From positions 1 through 24,916 of the forward strand of contig JAHJDW010000132.1 of NCBI GenBank assembly GCA_018812245.1: a stretch of DNA of 24,916 nt, read 5' to 3'. The position numbers and the translations under genes were made by a program. Origin of the DNA: Bacteroidota bacterium. GTDB lineage: Bacteria > Bacteroidota > Bacteroidia > Bacteroidales > JAHJDW01. Below the pieces are notes generated by a model that ran no database searches, was not told where the DNA came from, and saw only the letters and a program-made list of their open reading frames with translations. This document shows positions 1 to 7,300 of this stretch, piece by piece. Position 1 is the stretch's first letter. Every line of letters begins with the position of its first letter.

Positions 1-229
1 TATTGAGGCATTAAATGAATTACATTATTACTATGGAAATATGCCAGAAGAACAATTGTCAGAGAATATAAGAAATGAACTGGACAAGATAATAGTTAAA
101 ACAAAAAACAGAATCGTTGCGACTGGCGCATTAAACCTGCAAGTAATAACAGGATTCATAAGTGAATTTGAAGCTTTATCTCGTATTGATGATTGGAAAG
201 AAAAATGCTATAATTATTATTGTCGTTAA
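1..229 (+). CDS. 3' end of a gene that starts upstream of the window; product unknown
   Basis: The frame of the 41-229 ORF stays open back to nt 2 with no stop (IEALNELHYYYGNMPEEQ...), so this is a C-terminal fragment. No recognisable motif. Confidence 0.3.
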   Translation, partial: IEALNELHYYYGNMPEEQLSENIRNELDKIIVKTKNRIVATGALNLQVITGFISEFEALSRIDDWKEKCYNYYCR

Positions 230-1554
230 TTACCCCTGTTAAACACAATGGCATCAATTTTCGACTCACTGGCATCAGCATGTATGCGAAACAAATCGGT
301 TAGTCTCTGGTAAGTTGCACTGCCAATTCCATATCTGGCTACATATTTATTGAGGCTGTCGGAATAGGCTTCCACACATTCATTCTTTAGGTCAACCAAG
401 ACCAATTTCCGTGATCTGCTACCCGGGTTTTTATCATATTCCTTCACTTTTTGCAGAAAATTAAAGAACAACTCTTGTCCAAGATGGCAAACATAGAGGG
501 AATCACTATCCGTCGTTTTTGGTGATAGAAACTGCTTCGTCCTCTTTTCGATGGTATCCAGTTGCTTTTTGCTTTCTAACATCATGGTACTGTTCAGCAT
601 CGGATGAGAAACTACATCAGTTGTTGGATTAACAAGCGACCTTCTTCCTGTAAAATGCACCGTTTTCACTTCCTCTATCCCAATTCCCTGATTCGGAGTT
701 GGGTTGTAATAGAAACGAAAAATGAAAAATAATAATATTGCAACAAATCCGGACATGAGGTAGCTCCACCGCCAACTTTTTTTTGAAAAAGCCTGACTAA
801 CAACCTCTGCTGATTGAAACCTGTCAACCGGGTCCTGAGCAGTACATTTTTCAACAAATTTCCGAAATCGAACCGGAACTTTTCGCAATTCTGAAATTTC
901 AGTTCTTCCAGTAAGTGCTTCGAGAATAATCAAACCCAGCGAATAAATATCACTCCTTGCATCGGCACGTTCAGGGTGACTGAATTGTTCCGGCGCTGCG
1001 TATCTTTTGGTGCCCGAAGAGATTGGCATGTATGAATCGGAACAGGCCAACCCGAAGTCAATGATTTTGACATTGTTCCCTTTATTGGTAATAATTATGT
1101 TCTCAGGTTTTAAGTCCAAATGAAATATTTGTTGGTTATGCAGGTAATTCAGTGCATCCGATAACTGCTGAACAATCCTCACTATGAGTTTGATATTCCT
1201 GATTCCATCCGGATTATTCCGAATAAGTTGACGTAATGTGTAACCATCAACAAATTCAGCGATAAGAAACAAACCCTCCTCGTCAACACCCCTGTTGAGA
1301 TATCTAACAATATTTGGGTGATCAAGATGAAATCCCAGATTGAATTCCTTCTCAAGAGCTGCAATGAAAAGCGGATTATCGCGATATTCAGGCGCAATTC
1401 GCTTCAACAACAACCACCTGTCATTAATCCGGATCTTAAACACCTCACTGGTTTCGCTCTGGAATGGCAGTCTTTCTACAACAGAAGAATTACTGGGATC
1501 AAGCACATTGACCTGATTATTTTCAAAGCCGGAATTTTCATCATAAACCGCCAT
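226..1554 (-). CDS. Membrane-anchored Hanks-type serine/threonine protein kinase (non-RD type)
   Basis: 442 aa. Catalytic loop HLDLKPENIII, DFG motif (IIDFGLA), activation-segment APE (RYAAPEQ), conserved K in VFKIRI/LLLKRI. One hydrophobic TM segment (LMSGFVAILLFFIFRFYY) follows the kinase domain. A C-terminal extracytoplasmic domain of ~170 aa of unknown fold comes after that. Confidence 0.8.
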   Translation of the reverse strand: MAVYDENSGFENNQVNVLDPSNSSVVERLPFQSETSEVFKIRINDRWLLLKRIAPEYRDNPLFIAALEKEFNLGFHLDHPNIVRYLNRGVDEEGLFLIAEFVDGYTLRQLIRNNPDGIRNIKLIVRIVQQLSDALNYLHNQQIFHLDLKPENIIITNKGNNVKIIDFGLACSDSYMPISSGTKRYAAPEQFSHPERADARSDIYSLGLIILEALTGRTEISELRKVPVRFRKFVEKCTAQDPVDRFQSAEVVSQAFSKKSWRWSYLMSGFVAILLFFIFRFYYNPTPNQGIGIEEVKTVHFTGRRSLVNPTTDVVSHPMLNSTMMLESKKQLDTIEKRTKQFLSPKTTDSDSLYVCHLGQELFFNFLQKVKEYDKNPGSRSRKLVLVDLKNECVEAYSDSLNKYVARYGIGSATYQRLTDLFRIHADASESKIDAIVFNRGN

Positions 1555-2108
1555 CAGCTTTCAATAATATTGATATTTGTAATGCCGCTGATTTTCCCTG
1601 CCTTAAATTGCCCAATATCTATTCCTCCTCGCTCAACTGAGCTGATTATCATCGGATATTGCTTTATAATATTCAGGATTTTCAATTTGTCGCCCTGAAT
1701 AAGTTTGCTGTTTTCGGAATCAACCACAATAAATTCATAATCGCCGCAATAGAGCATTTCAACGCGCCGATCAGGTTCGTATGTGAACTCTATTCTACAA
1801 TCTATTTTTAGTTTGTCAATGTTGATCTGCTCCAGATTGAGAAACTCTGAATTCTCGATCCGGGCAAATCGTTCAAGGTATTCATCCCAATTTTTACATC
1901 CAAGATACTGAGCAATAACATCGAGGGTAAATAATCGTGGTTCTTTGGTTCCTTTTACAAAGCCAAGTATTCTTTTCAGTGTTGAAGTACTTACCCGCTG
2001 TTTTGTTTCCATTGAAATATGACCTGCTAATGCCTCGCAGTCGGTTGGGTAACGTACTTCCTGCCCAAATTTCTTTTCGATTTCTTTACGAGTAATCTCT
2101 GATAGCAT
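1554..2108 (-). CDS. Hypothetical protein translationally coupled to the downstream kinase
   Basis: 184 aa. Its stop overlaps the kinase start by 1 nt (ATGA overlap at 1552-1556). N-terminal ~60 aa could form an HTH-like helix-turn-helix (ISMETKQRVSTSTLKRILG), which is an inference. No other recognisable motif. Confidence 0.55.
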   Translation of the reverse strand: MLSEITRKEIEKKFGQEVRYPTDCEALAGHISMETKQRVSTSTLKRILGFVKGTKEPRLFTLDVIAQYLGCKNWDEYLERFARIENSEFLNLEQINIDKLKIDCRIEFTYEPDRRVEMLYCGDYEFIVVDSENSKLIQGDKLKILNIIKQYPMIISSVERGGIDIGQFKAGKISGITNINIIES

Positions 2109-2126
2109 AGGTGCTTATTTTACACA

Positions 2127-2134
2127 CAAAGGTA
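2127..2134 (-). promoter_or_regulatory. Candidate Bacteroidota -7 promoter element (TAccTTTG) for the hypothetical-kinase operon
   Basis: Minus-strand reading gives TACCTTTG 18 nt upstream of the ATG at 2108. This matches the TAnnTTTG consensus. No clean -33 TTTG was seen. Confidence 0.3.
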
Positions 2135-2158
2135 AAAGAAATTCTAATGATTTTTGAA

Positions 2159-2191
2159 ATGAACAAAGTGAACCTAATGAACAAAATGAAC
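2159..2191 (-). promoter_or_regulatory. Four direct repeats of RTGAAC at exact 9-bp spacing (candidate regulator-binding array)
   Basis: Plus strand: ATGAAC(2159) GTGAAC(2168) ATGAAC(2177) ATGAAC(2186). They sit immediately upstream of the putative promoter of the 184-aa/kinase operon and just downstream of the XRE gene stop. Confidence 0.35.
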
Positions 2192-2198
2192 AGGCAGG

Positions 2199-2483
2199 TT
2201 AAAAAAAATTATTGGTTGTTTTGTTTATTGGTAATGAAAAATCGAACATGGTTGACAAGGGAATATCGAGGGCACGTGCAATGGCAAATACAGTGCTTAA
2301 TGTAGGATTAATCCGGGCAGTTTCAATCCGTGCAACCTGGCTGAGGGAAATTCCTGCTTCGAAAGCGAGCTGGGTTTGTGTAATACCAACGTCGTGCCTC
2401 AGCTTTTTTAATTGCTCAGCAAAGACCAGCAGGGCATCCTGGTCGAATATCAATTGTCGTTTGGGTTTGTTCTGTTGCTTCAC
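2199..2483 (-). CDS. XRE-family (Cro/CI-type) helix-turn-helix transcriptional regulator
   Basis: 94 aa. Classic HTH_3 signature LRHDVGITQTQLAFEAGISLSQVARIETARINPTLSTVFAIARALDI. Confidence 0.75.
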   Translation of the reverse strand: MKQQNKPKRQLIFDQDALLVFAEQLKKLRHDVGITQTQLAFEAGISLSQVARIETARINPTLSTVFAIARALDIPLSTMFDFSLPINKTTNNFF

Positions 2484-2515
2484 GGACGAAAATTACATGG
2501 ATTGAAAAAATTTGA

Positions 2516-2533
2516 TATAGCACTTGTGCTATA
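2516..2533. promoter_or_regulatory. Perfect 8-bp-arm palindrome TATAGCAC-TT-GTGCTATA (candidate operator for the XRE regulator)
   Basis: Seen directly in the divergent intergenic region between the XRE gene (2483) and the + strand gene at 2618. It lies just upstream of and adjacent to a TAtaTTTG -7-like element at 2540-2547. Confidence 0.4.
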
Positions 2534-2539
2534 ATTTTT

Positions 2540-2547
2540 TATATTTG
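2540..2547 (+). promoter_or_regulatory. Candidate -7 promoter element TATATTTG for the 2618 gene
   Basis: Matches the Bacteroidota TAnnTTTG consensus. Would put the TSS near 2554 and the conserved leader element inside the 5' UTR. Confidence 0.3.
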
Positions 2548-2568
2548 CAACGATTAGGATTTAAATAC

Positions 2569-2626
2569 GTGGAGTCCAGAACCCACGAGAAAAAACGGGG
2601 CTTAACCGAAAAGCCAGATGAGTAGG
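2569..2626 (+). repeat. Copy A of a conserved ~58-nt 5' leader element (GAGTCCAGA..AAAAAACGGGGC..AACCGAAAAGCCAGATGAGTAGG)
   Basis: About 80% identical, with one indel, to a second copy at ~2940-2996. This copy overlaps the annotated ATG at 2618. Confidence 0.5.
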
Positions 2627-2875
2627 GATTATTTCAATTGGAAAACTATGGCAATTATTGATTTGAGCAATTCAGAACCAAACAATCGAATTTCATTAAA
2701 CTGGAGAAGGCAAGAAACTCCTCCTTCCTGCTACCAGCTATTGATTGATGAGAATGGCAGGAAAGTAATTAGGTTTTTGTCATTTGCAACTAATGACTTT
2801 GAAATGGTAAATGGGCAGAAGCAAGACATGATTTTTAATATATCCGATCTCAAAAGCCTGCTGGATAGCCTATAA
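2618..2875 (+). CDS. Small hypothetical protein (85 aa)
   Basis: ORF divergent from the XRE regulator. No recognisable motif. The true start could be the internal Met at 2648, which would place the conserved leader fully upstream. Confidence 0.4.
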   Translation: MSRDYFNWKTMAIIDLSNSEPNNRISLNWRRQETPPSCYQLLIDENGRKVIRFLSFATNDFEMVNGQKQDMIFNISDLKSLLDSL

Positions 2876-2939
2876 TCAACTCAACGTTGCACGGGCAACA
2901 GTCACGATTTTACCGGCATGAAATAACTGAAGAATAAAA

Positions 2940-2996
2940 GTAGAGTCCAGATACTACAAAAAAAACGGGGCGGAATCGAAAAGCCAGAAGAGTAGG
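2940..2996 (+). repeat. Copy B of the conserved ~58-nt leader element, upstream of the 3012 gene
   Basis: GAGTCCAGATACTACAAAAAAAACGGGGCGGAATCGAAAAGCCAGAAGAGTAGG. Here the position matching the ATG of copy A reads AAG, and the element ends ~15 nt before the start codon. Coordinates may be off by 1. Confidence 0.5.
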
Positions 2997-3011
2997 AAAA
3001 AAAATGCTATT

Positions 3012-4901
3012 ATGAGAAAGTTTTTGCTTTTTGCTATGGGGCTCATCGCTTTTGAAATTGGAAATTCGCAAAGCCTAAAAACAATCACGGAGTATTGGAG
3101 CACCCTTAAACTTAAAGAGAAGTACACGGTAGTGACACAAGCACCTTACTACAAGCAAGGAAAATATGAGGCTTTTGATAGCGATGGGAATATTACTCAT
3201 TCACTTAACTACAACAAGGGGGTGCTTGATGGAGTTCAATATTTTTACCTTAACGATGAGGGTTCTCCTTCTTCTTACTCGTATTGTTCGCCAATTAGAA
3301 AACCAATGCACGTGTGGACATATAAAAATGGAGATAGGGTTGGAATACAGAAAGATTACACTTGCATGAACGGAAAATATTTTCTTTGGGTAGAAAAAAA
3401 CTGGGGAGAGAAAAACACTGCAACAAGGTATTTCTCGACTGGCAAGAAAATGTATGTAACCGAATGGATTGATAAAGCAGATAATGGAAGCGGTTCAGTA
3501 GAGTACTATTTTCCTAAAGGGAAATTGCGTGTGAAGTTCTCCTACAAATATGATGGCGAGACCTACAGCGGAAAATACTATGAATATTCTGAGCAAGGAG
3601 AGCTCATTATTGAAAGCAACTTTTCAGGCAAGAAGAATTGTTGGATAAATAACTTCACTGGTTATGACTTAGAGTACTTAACTGTTGGGACAAATAGAGA
3701 TGAGACAAAGTGGATTGGCGTCGATAATTGCAAAAGCTGTGAATCCTGTGAATATACGATCTTTGAGGACGGAATGAAGAATACAATGACTTACTCTTCT
3801 GGGGTTTTAATGTCATATCCAAATGGACAGAAAATGATAAGTGGAGATACGACATTTTTCGAAAATGGAAAGATAAAATCAATAGGCAAAACGCTATCTT
3901 TTTACGAGAATGGGAATAAAAAAGGGGATGGAGACACGACTTTCTACGAATCGGGTCAAGTTGAAACGATTGGGACAAAAATCAGCTATTACTTGAATGG
4001 TTCAAAAAGGCATCATAATGATACAACGTTCTACACAAATGGGAAAGTATCGACAATCGGAAAGGATATCAAGTTCTATGAGAATGGGAACCTGAAAACC
4101 GATGGCACCAACAAATTCTTCGAAAACGGGAAGCCCGAATACACTAAAGATGAATCCTATGAAAGAACATACAATGCGGATGGTCAATTAATTTCAGAAA
4201 CAAATCTGAGTACCGGTGAGTATTCCGTGAATTTCCCAAATGGAACAAGGAAAAAAATTGTAGTCTATAATAAAAAGGGCGAGATAAATGGATGGCTTCA
4301 GGAATTTGATGAAAATGGGAATTTTATTGAGTTCTCGTTTTATGTCGACGGTAAAAAACAAGATCTTACGATAAGTAATTTCTACGATGTCTTTAAGGAA
4401 GCCTTTGGGTCAATAAAAAAGAGTGAGTACATTTCTTATGGAAACAAACCATTAGAAACATACAAACCCCACAGCGAAACAAAACTCCTTTATTACAAAG
4501 GTGACATGTTGCTACAAAGCTACAAAGAGAAATATTCCACAGAAACATCAAAGCAAAAACGATTGCTATTATTAAAAGATGTCGTTTTCGCATGTAGTAA
4601 TTTGCTTGAGTTTGCAAAGAATTATACGGAATCAATGCAGCAGGAGTTGAAAAAAACGAAATCAATTGAGGATATTGAAGGATTTCTCAGTTACTACGAA
4701 AGTGTTTCAAACCAGATTGTTGAGGTAAACCAGAAGTATTCGTCTTTAATGACTGATAAGGCCAAAGCAGCCAAAATGAGTAAGGATGACTCCAAAAAAC
4801 TTGCGGGTGACATTAAACTGTATAATAAACTTTGCTCCAGCAAAAACAAATTGGATATGGGAATTGAACTCATCCAGCGAATTGAAAAACTATTAAATTG
4901 A
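3012..4901 (+). CDS. Secreted protein with MORN-variant / YwqK-like repeats and a helical C-terminal region
   Basis: 629 aa. N-terminal signal peptide MRKFLLFAMGLIAFEIGNSQS. Central repeated units FFENGKIKSIGK / FYENGNKKGDGDTTFYESGQVETIG / FYTNGKVSTIGKDIKFYENGNLKTDG, typical of the MORN-variant (YwqK-family) repeat. Lys/Glu-rich C-terminal third. Confidence 0.65.
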   Translation: MRKFLLFAMGLIAFEIGNSQSLKTITEYWSTLKLKEKYTVVTQAPYYKQGKYEAFDSDGNITHSLNYNKGVLDGVQYFYLNDEGSPSSYSYCSPIRKPMHVWTYKNGDRVGIQKDYTCMNGKYFLWVEKNWGEKNTATRYFSTGKKMYVTEWIDKADNGSGSVEYYFPKGKLRVKFSYKYDGETYSGKYYEYSEQGELIIESNFSGKKNCWINNFTGYDLEYLTVGTNRDETKWIGVDNCKSCESCEYTIFEDGMKNTMTYSSGVLMSYPNGQKMISGDTTFFENGKIKSIGKTLSFYENGNKKGDGDTTFYESGQVETIGTKISYYLNGSKRHHNDTTFYTNGKVSTIGKDIKFYENGNLKTDGTNKFFENGKPEYTKDESYERTYNADGQLISETNLSTGEYSVNFPNGTRKKIVVYNKKGEINGWLQEFDENGNFIEFSFYVDGKKQDLTISNFYDVFKEAFGSIKKSEYISYGNKPLETYKPHSETKLLYYKGDMLLQSYKEKYSTETSKQKRLLLLKDVVFACSNLLEFAKNYTESMQQELKKTKSIEDIEGFLSYYESVSNQIVEVNQKYSSLMTDKAKAAKMSKDDSKKLAGDIKLYNKLCSSKNKLDMGIELIQRIEKLLN

Positions 4902-4920
4902 AATCGAAATATTTTCAATT
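4896..4920 (+). terminator. Weak AT-rich hairpin (AATTGAAA-9nt-TTTCAATT) overlapping the stop codon, followed by a T-rich tract
   Basis: Perfect 8-bp inverted repeat seen directly. The stem is almost all A-T, so stability is low. Possible intrinsic terminator of the 3012-4901 gene. Confidence 0.2.
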
Positions 4921-5145
4921 TGAATCAAATTTGGTTGTATTTTTCAATGATGCCGAAAACGGGATTACCAGACGCGTCCATCCTATTCCGTCACACATTT
5001 CGCCTCCGCAATATTCCTGATTCGATACGGGTCACCGTATGCGACCGTGGAGGCTGTTTATTGATGAAAGTCAGCCACAGTTCACAATTCCGATTTGCAT
5101 TAATTTTCCATTGTGATTTTTGCTTGACATATTCTTTTCTTTTTC

Positions 5146-5153
5146 TACATTTG
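5146..5153 (+). promoter_or_regulatory. Candidate -7 promoter element TACATTTG for the SIR2-like cluster
   Basis: Matches TAnnTTTG. Lies 20 nt upstream of the ATG at 5174. A TTTG lies ~23 nt further upstream, slightly longer than the canonical spacing. Confidence 0.3.
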
Positions 5154-5173
5154 GACAAGCAAAAATTGACAAT

Positions 5174-6193
5174 ATGGAGATTTCCACAAAACCAGCGCCT
5201 CCCAAAATCACATATCTGCTTGGCGCGGGGGCAAGTGCGAACGCGCTGCCTATGGTTAAGGCATCTGGTTCCAACAAATCATTTCATGAATCACTCAGAA
5301 TGTTTGCGGCATCGCTTGAAAGCGAGCGCTCCACAGATGCCGACCTTTCTGAAATTCGGAACGAAATTGCAAAAGACGTCAGATGGCTTGCAGATGGGAC
5401 TGAAAAATTCAAGACTCCGGATACCTATGCCAAGTTTCTGTCATTGAAAGAAAAAAGCAATTTAGAGCGCCTCAAAGATGCACTATCATTCTTTTTTGTG
5501 TATGAGCAACTGGTAAACAAAAAGATAGATGATCGAGCTTTGGTGTTTTTGACGACAATTATGGAGTCAGCCGATTCAATTCCCGAAAACATTAAAATCC
5601 TGACGTGGAACTACGATTTCCAAATCCAACTGGCAGCTGAAGCATTTCGGAAGGAACAATTTAGCTTTAATCCATGTTCAAGCTCAATGGAGCACACAGA
5701 GCCGGTGATTGAATATCTGCCAAATCATGGGTTTCAGAATACTCAAACCGATAGAGTTTCCCTGGTTCATTTGAACGGAATAGCTGGTTTTTTTAATATG
5801 AGAAACCATGGCGTTAATAATAGCATATATAGCGTGTGTTATGAAAAGACCCATAATGAAGTACTAAAATTGGTCAACAGTTTTAATCATAGAGAACCAA
5901 ACCTACTTTCGTTTGCATGGGAGTCTGCTAATTCGGATACTGTCAAGATTGCAAAAGAAATTATTGAAGAAACCGAGATACTGGTAATTATTGGTTATTC
6001 ATTTCCGTTCTTCAACCGGGCCATAGACAAGCAAATATTTGAAACGCTCATGGCAAGTGGCAAGTTGAGGAAGATCTATTATCAAGACCCAAATAGAAAT
6101 GGGGAGTTTTTAATAAACCGATTTAATCTGGCTGGTGTTGACATAAAACACGAAAATGATACGGTCAACTATTACATTCCAATGGAACTCTGA
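5174..6193 (+). CDS. SIR2_2-family (sirtuin-like, NADase-fold) protein
   Basis: The ORF track starts at TTG 5120. The ATG at 5174 (MEISTK...) downstream of the -7 motif is the likelier start. Motifs in SIR2_2 order: ITYLLGAGASANALP (GAGxS...P nucleotide loop), ILTWNYDFQIQ (TTNYD-type catalytic N/D), SLVHLNGIAG (HLHG-type His), ILVIIGYSFPFFNRAID (GYS motif). About 340 aa, no other fused domain. Confidence 0.65.
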   Translation: MEISTKPAPPKITYLLGAGASANALPMVKASGSNKSFHESLRMFAASLESERSTDADLSEIRNEIAKDVRWLADGTEKFKTPDTYAKFLSLKEKSNLERLKDALSFFFVYEQLVNKKIDDRALVFLTTIMESADSIPENIKILTWNYDFQIQLAAEAFRKEQFSFNPCSSSMEHTEPVIEYLPNHGFQNTQTDRVSLVHLNGIAGFFNMRNHGVNNSIYSVCYEKTHNEVLKLVNSFNHREPNLLSFAWESANSDTVKIAKEIIEETEILVIIGYSFPFFNRAIDKQIFETLMASGKLRKIYYQDPNRNGEFLINRFNLAGVDIKHENDTVNYYIPMEL

Positions 6194-6214
6194 ATCACAA
6201 GCAACCATTATACT

Positions 6215-6457
6215 ATGATAACAAAGACAACGTCAATACCCCCGCATCCAGATTTCGTCGTGATATTCTCGTGTGATGTTTGTGGACAACGGTTGAATAT
6301 GGAACGAATCCCAACAGCGAATGCAGGCGCTGCATTCTCAAGCACTGTTGTCGAATGCCCCAACTGCAAAAAAGAGCAGCGGGTATATGCAGATATTGAC
6401 GGAAATGAACTGGTGATTGACTTCTCGGATATGGAAGAACTTGTCTTGGTGGTTTAA
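6215..6457 (+). CDS. Small zinc-ribbon protein (80 aa)
   Basis: Two Cys pairs, CDVC (res 21-24) and CPNC (res 48-51), typical of a Zn-ribbon. Starts 21 nt after the SIR2-like gene. Confidence 0.5.
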   Translation: MITKTTSIPPHPDFVVIFSCDVCGQRLNMERIPTANAGAAFSSTVVECPNCKKEQRVYADIDGNELVIDFSDMEELVLVV

Positions 6458-6510
6458 TCGTGGATTATGAATGAGTCGCGAATATTCACTCATAGGTATC
6501 ATAATAGATA

Positions 6511-7284
6511 ATGAAGGAATTACTAAAAAAATGTGATAGAATATACAGGGAATTGCCGTGTTGTCACAGCGATGGTCGTACCTGTAACTGCTATTCTTGT
6601 CTCTGCAATGAATACTTCAATACTGCTGACACCTATGAATGCAAAAAAAAGCTATCCTTTTATGTCTTAAAGTATGCTCCATCATTCTCCACCGAACTTT
6701 ACCATTACTTGGTCAAATCGAAGATTCTTGATAGATTCAATAACGAGGAGCTAAATATTCTGTCCATTGGATGTGGTTGTTGTCATGATTTGTACTGTAT
6801 TGCCTTCTATATCAAACAGAGGAATCTCAATATTAATCTCTCATACACAGGCATTGATAAAAGCACTCAATGGGAACAGTTATATTCCCAAGATGCTGTC
6901 TATTTGCAACAAGATGTAGTAAAAGAATGCGATCTGAAAGGATTTGATATTATCTTTATTAACAAAGTTTTCTCAACTTTATATGAAAACAAACATGACA
7001 AACCATTTCTAGACAAGCTCACTGAGGCAATCGACAGGGATATGATATTCGATGCCTACCTTGTTTTCGTTGATGTAAACAGTAAATTCAAAGGGCGTGA
7101 TAAATTCAATGGAGCTGTAGCTAAAAAATTTAATCAGGAAACCAAATACTATTTTGATGGGTATAGTGGCGGAACAGGGAGCAATTGGATTCATCTTGGT
7201 CAAAAGAATGTTCCAAAGGGTGAGTATTTTAGGAGCCTATCGGTCAAACCAATAATGGAGACAAAAAAAAACAGTTATTTTTGA
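6511..7284 (+). CDS. Class I SAM-dependent methyltransferase with a Cys-rich N-terminal extension
   Basis: 257 aa. Motif I-like LSIGCGCCHD, post-I acidic residue (YTGIDKS), motif II-like GFDIIFINKVFS. N-terminal 45 aa carry 8 Cys plus a His (CCHSDGRTCNCYSCLC...EC), suggesting a metal-binding module. Confidence 0.55.
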   Translation: MKELLKKCDRIYRELPCCHSDGRTCNCYSCLCNEYFNTADTYECKKKLSFYVLKYAPSFSTELYHYLVKSKILDRFNNEELNILSIGCGCCHDLYCIAFYIKQRNLNINLSYTGIDKSTQWEQLYSQDAVYLQQDVVKECDLKGFDIIFINKVFSTLYENKHDKPFLDKLTEAIDRDMIFDAYLVFVDVNSKFKGRDKFNGAVAKKFNQETKYYFDGYSGGTGSNWIHLGQKNVPKGEYFRSLSVKPIMETKKNSYF

Positions 7285-7300
7285 ATACAGGAAATAAGTT

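Noticed and set aside
840-880. Possible direct repeat of the tRNA-Pro 3' end (TCGAACCGGAACTT vs TCGAACTTCCGG) as the distal island att site
   Set aside because: Only a short imperfect resemblance lying inside the kinase coding sequence. Not a convincing att repeat.
2111-2305. 64-aa + strand ORF over the XRE/kinase-operon intergenic region
   Set aside because: Overlaps the 3' end of the XRE gene antisense and the RTGAAC repeat array. Asn/Lys-rich low complexity from A-rich DNA. Spurious.
5120-5173. ORF-track start of the SIR2-like gene at TTG 5120
   Set aside because: This is a non-ATG start placed upstream of the TACATTTG -7 motif. The in-frame ATG at 5174 lies just downstream of the candidate promoter and is the likelier start.
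4920-5447. 175-aa ORF spanning the intergenic region and the start of the SIR2-like gene
   Set aside because: Overlaps the well-supported SIR2-like frame out of phase. Cys/Arg/Leu-rich low-complexity translation. It would begin upstream of the candidate promoter. Judged spurious.
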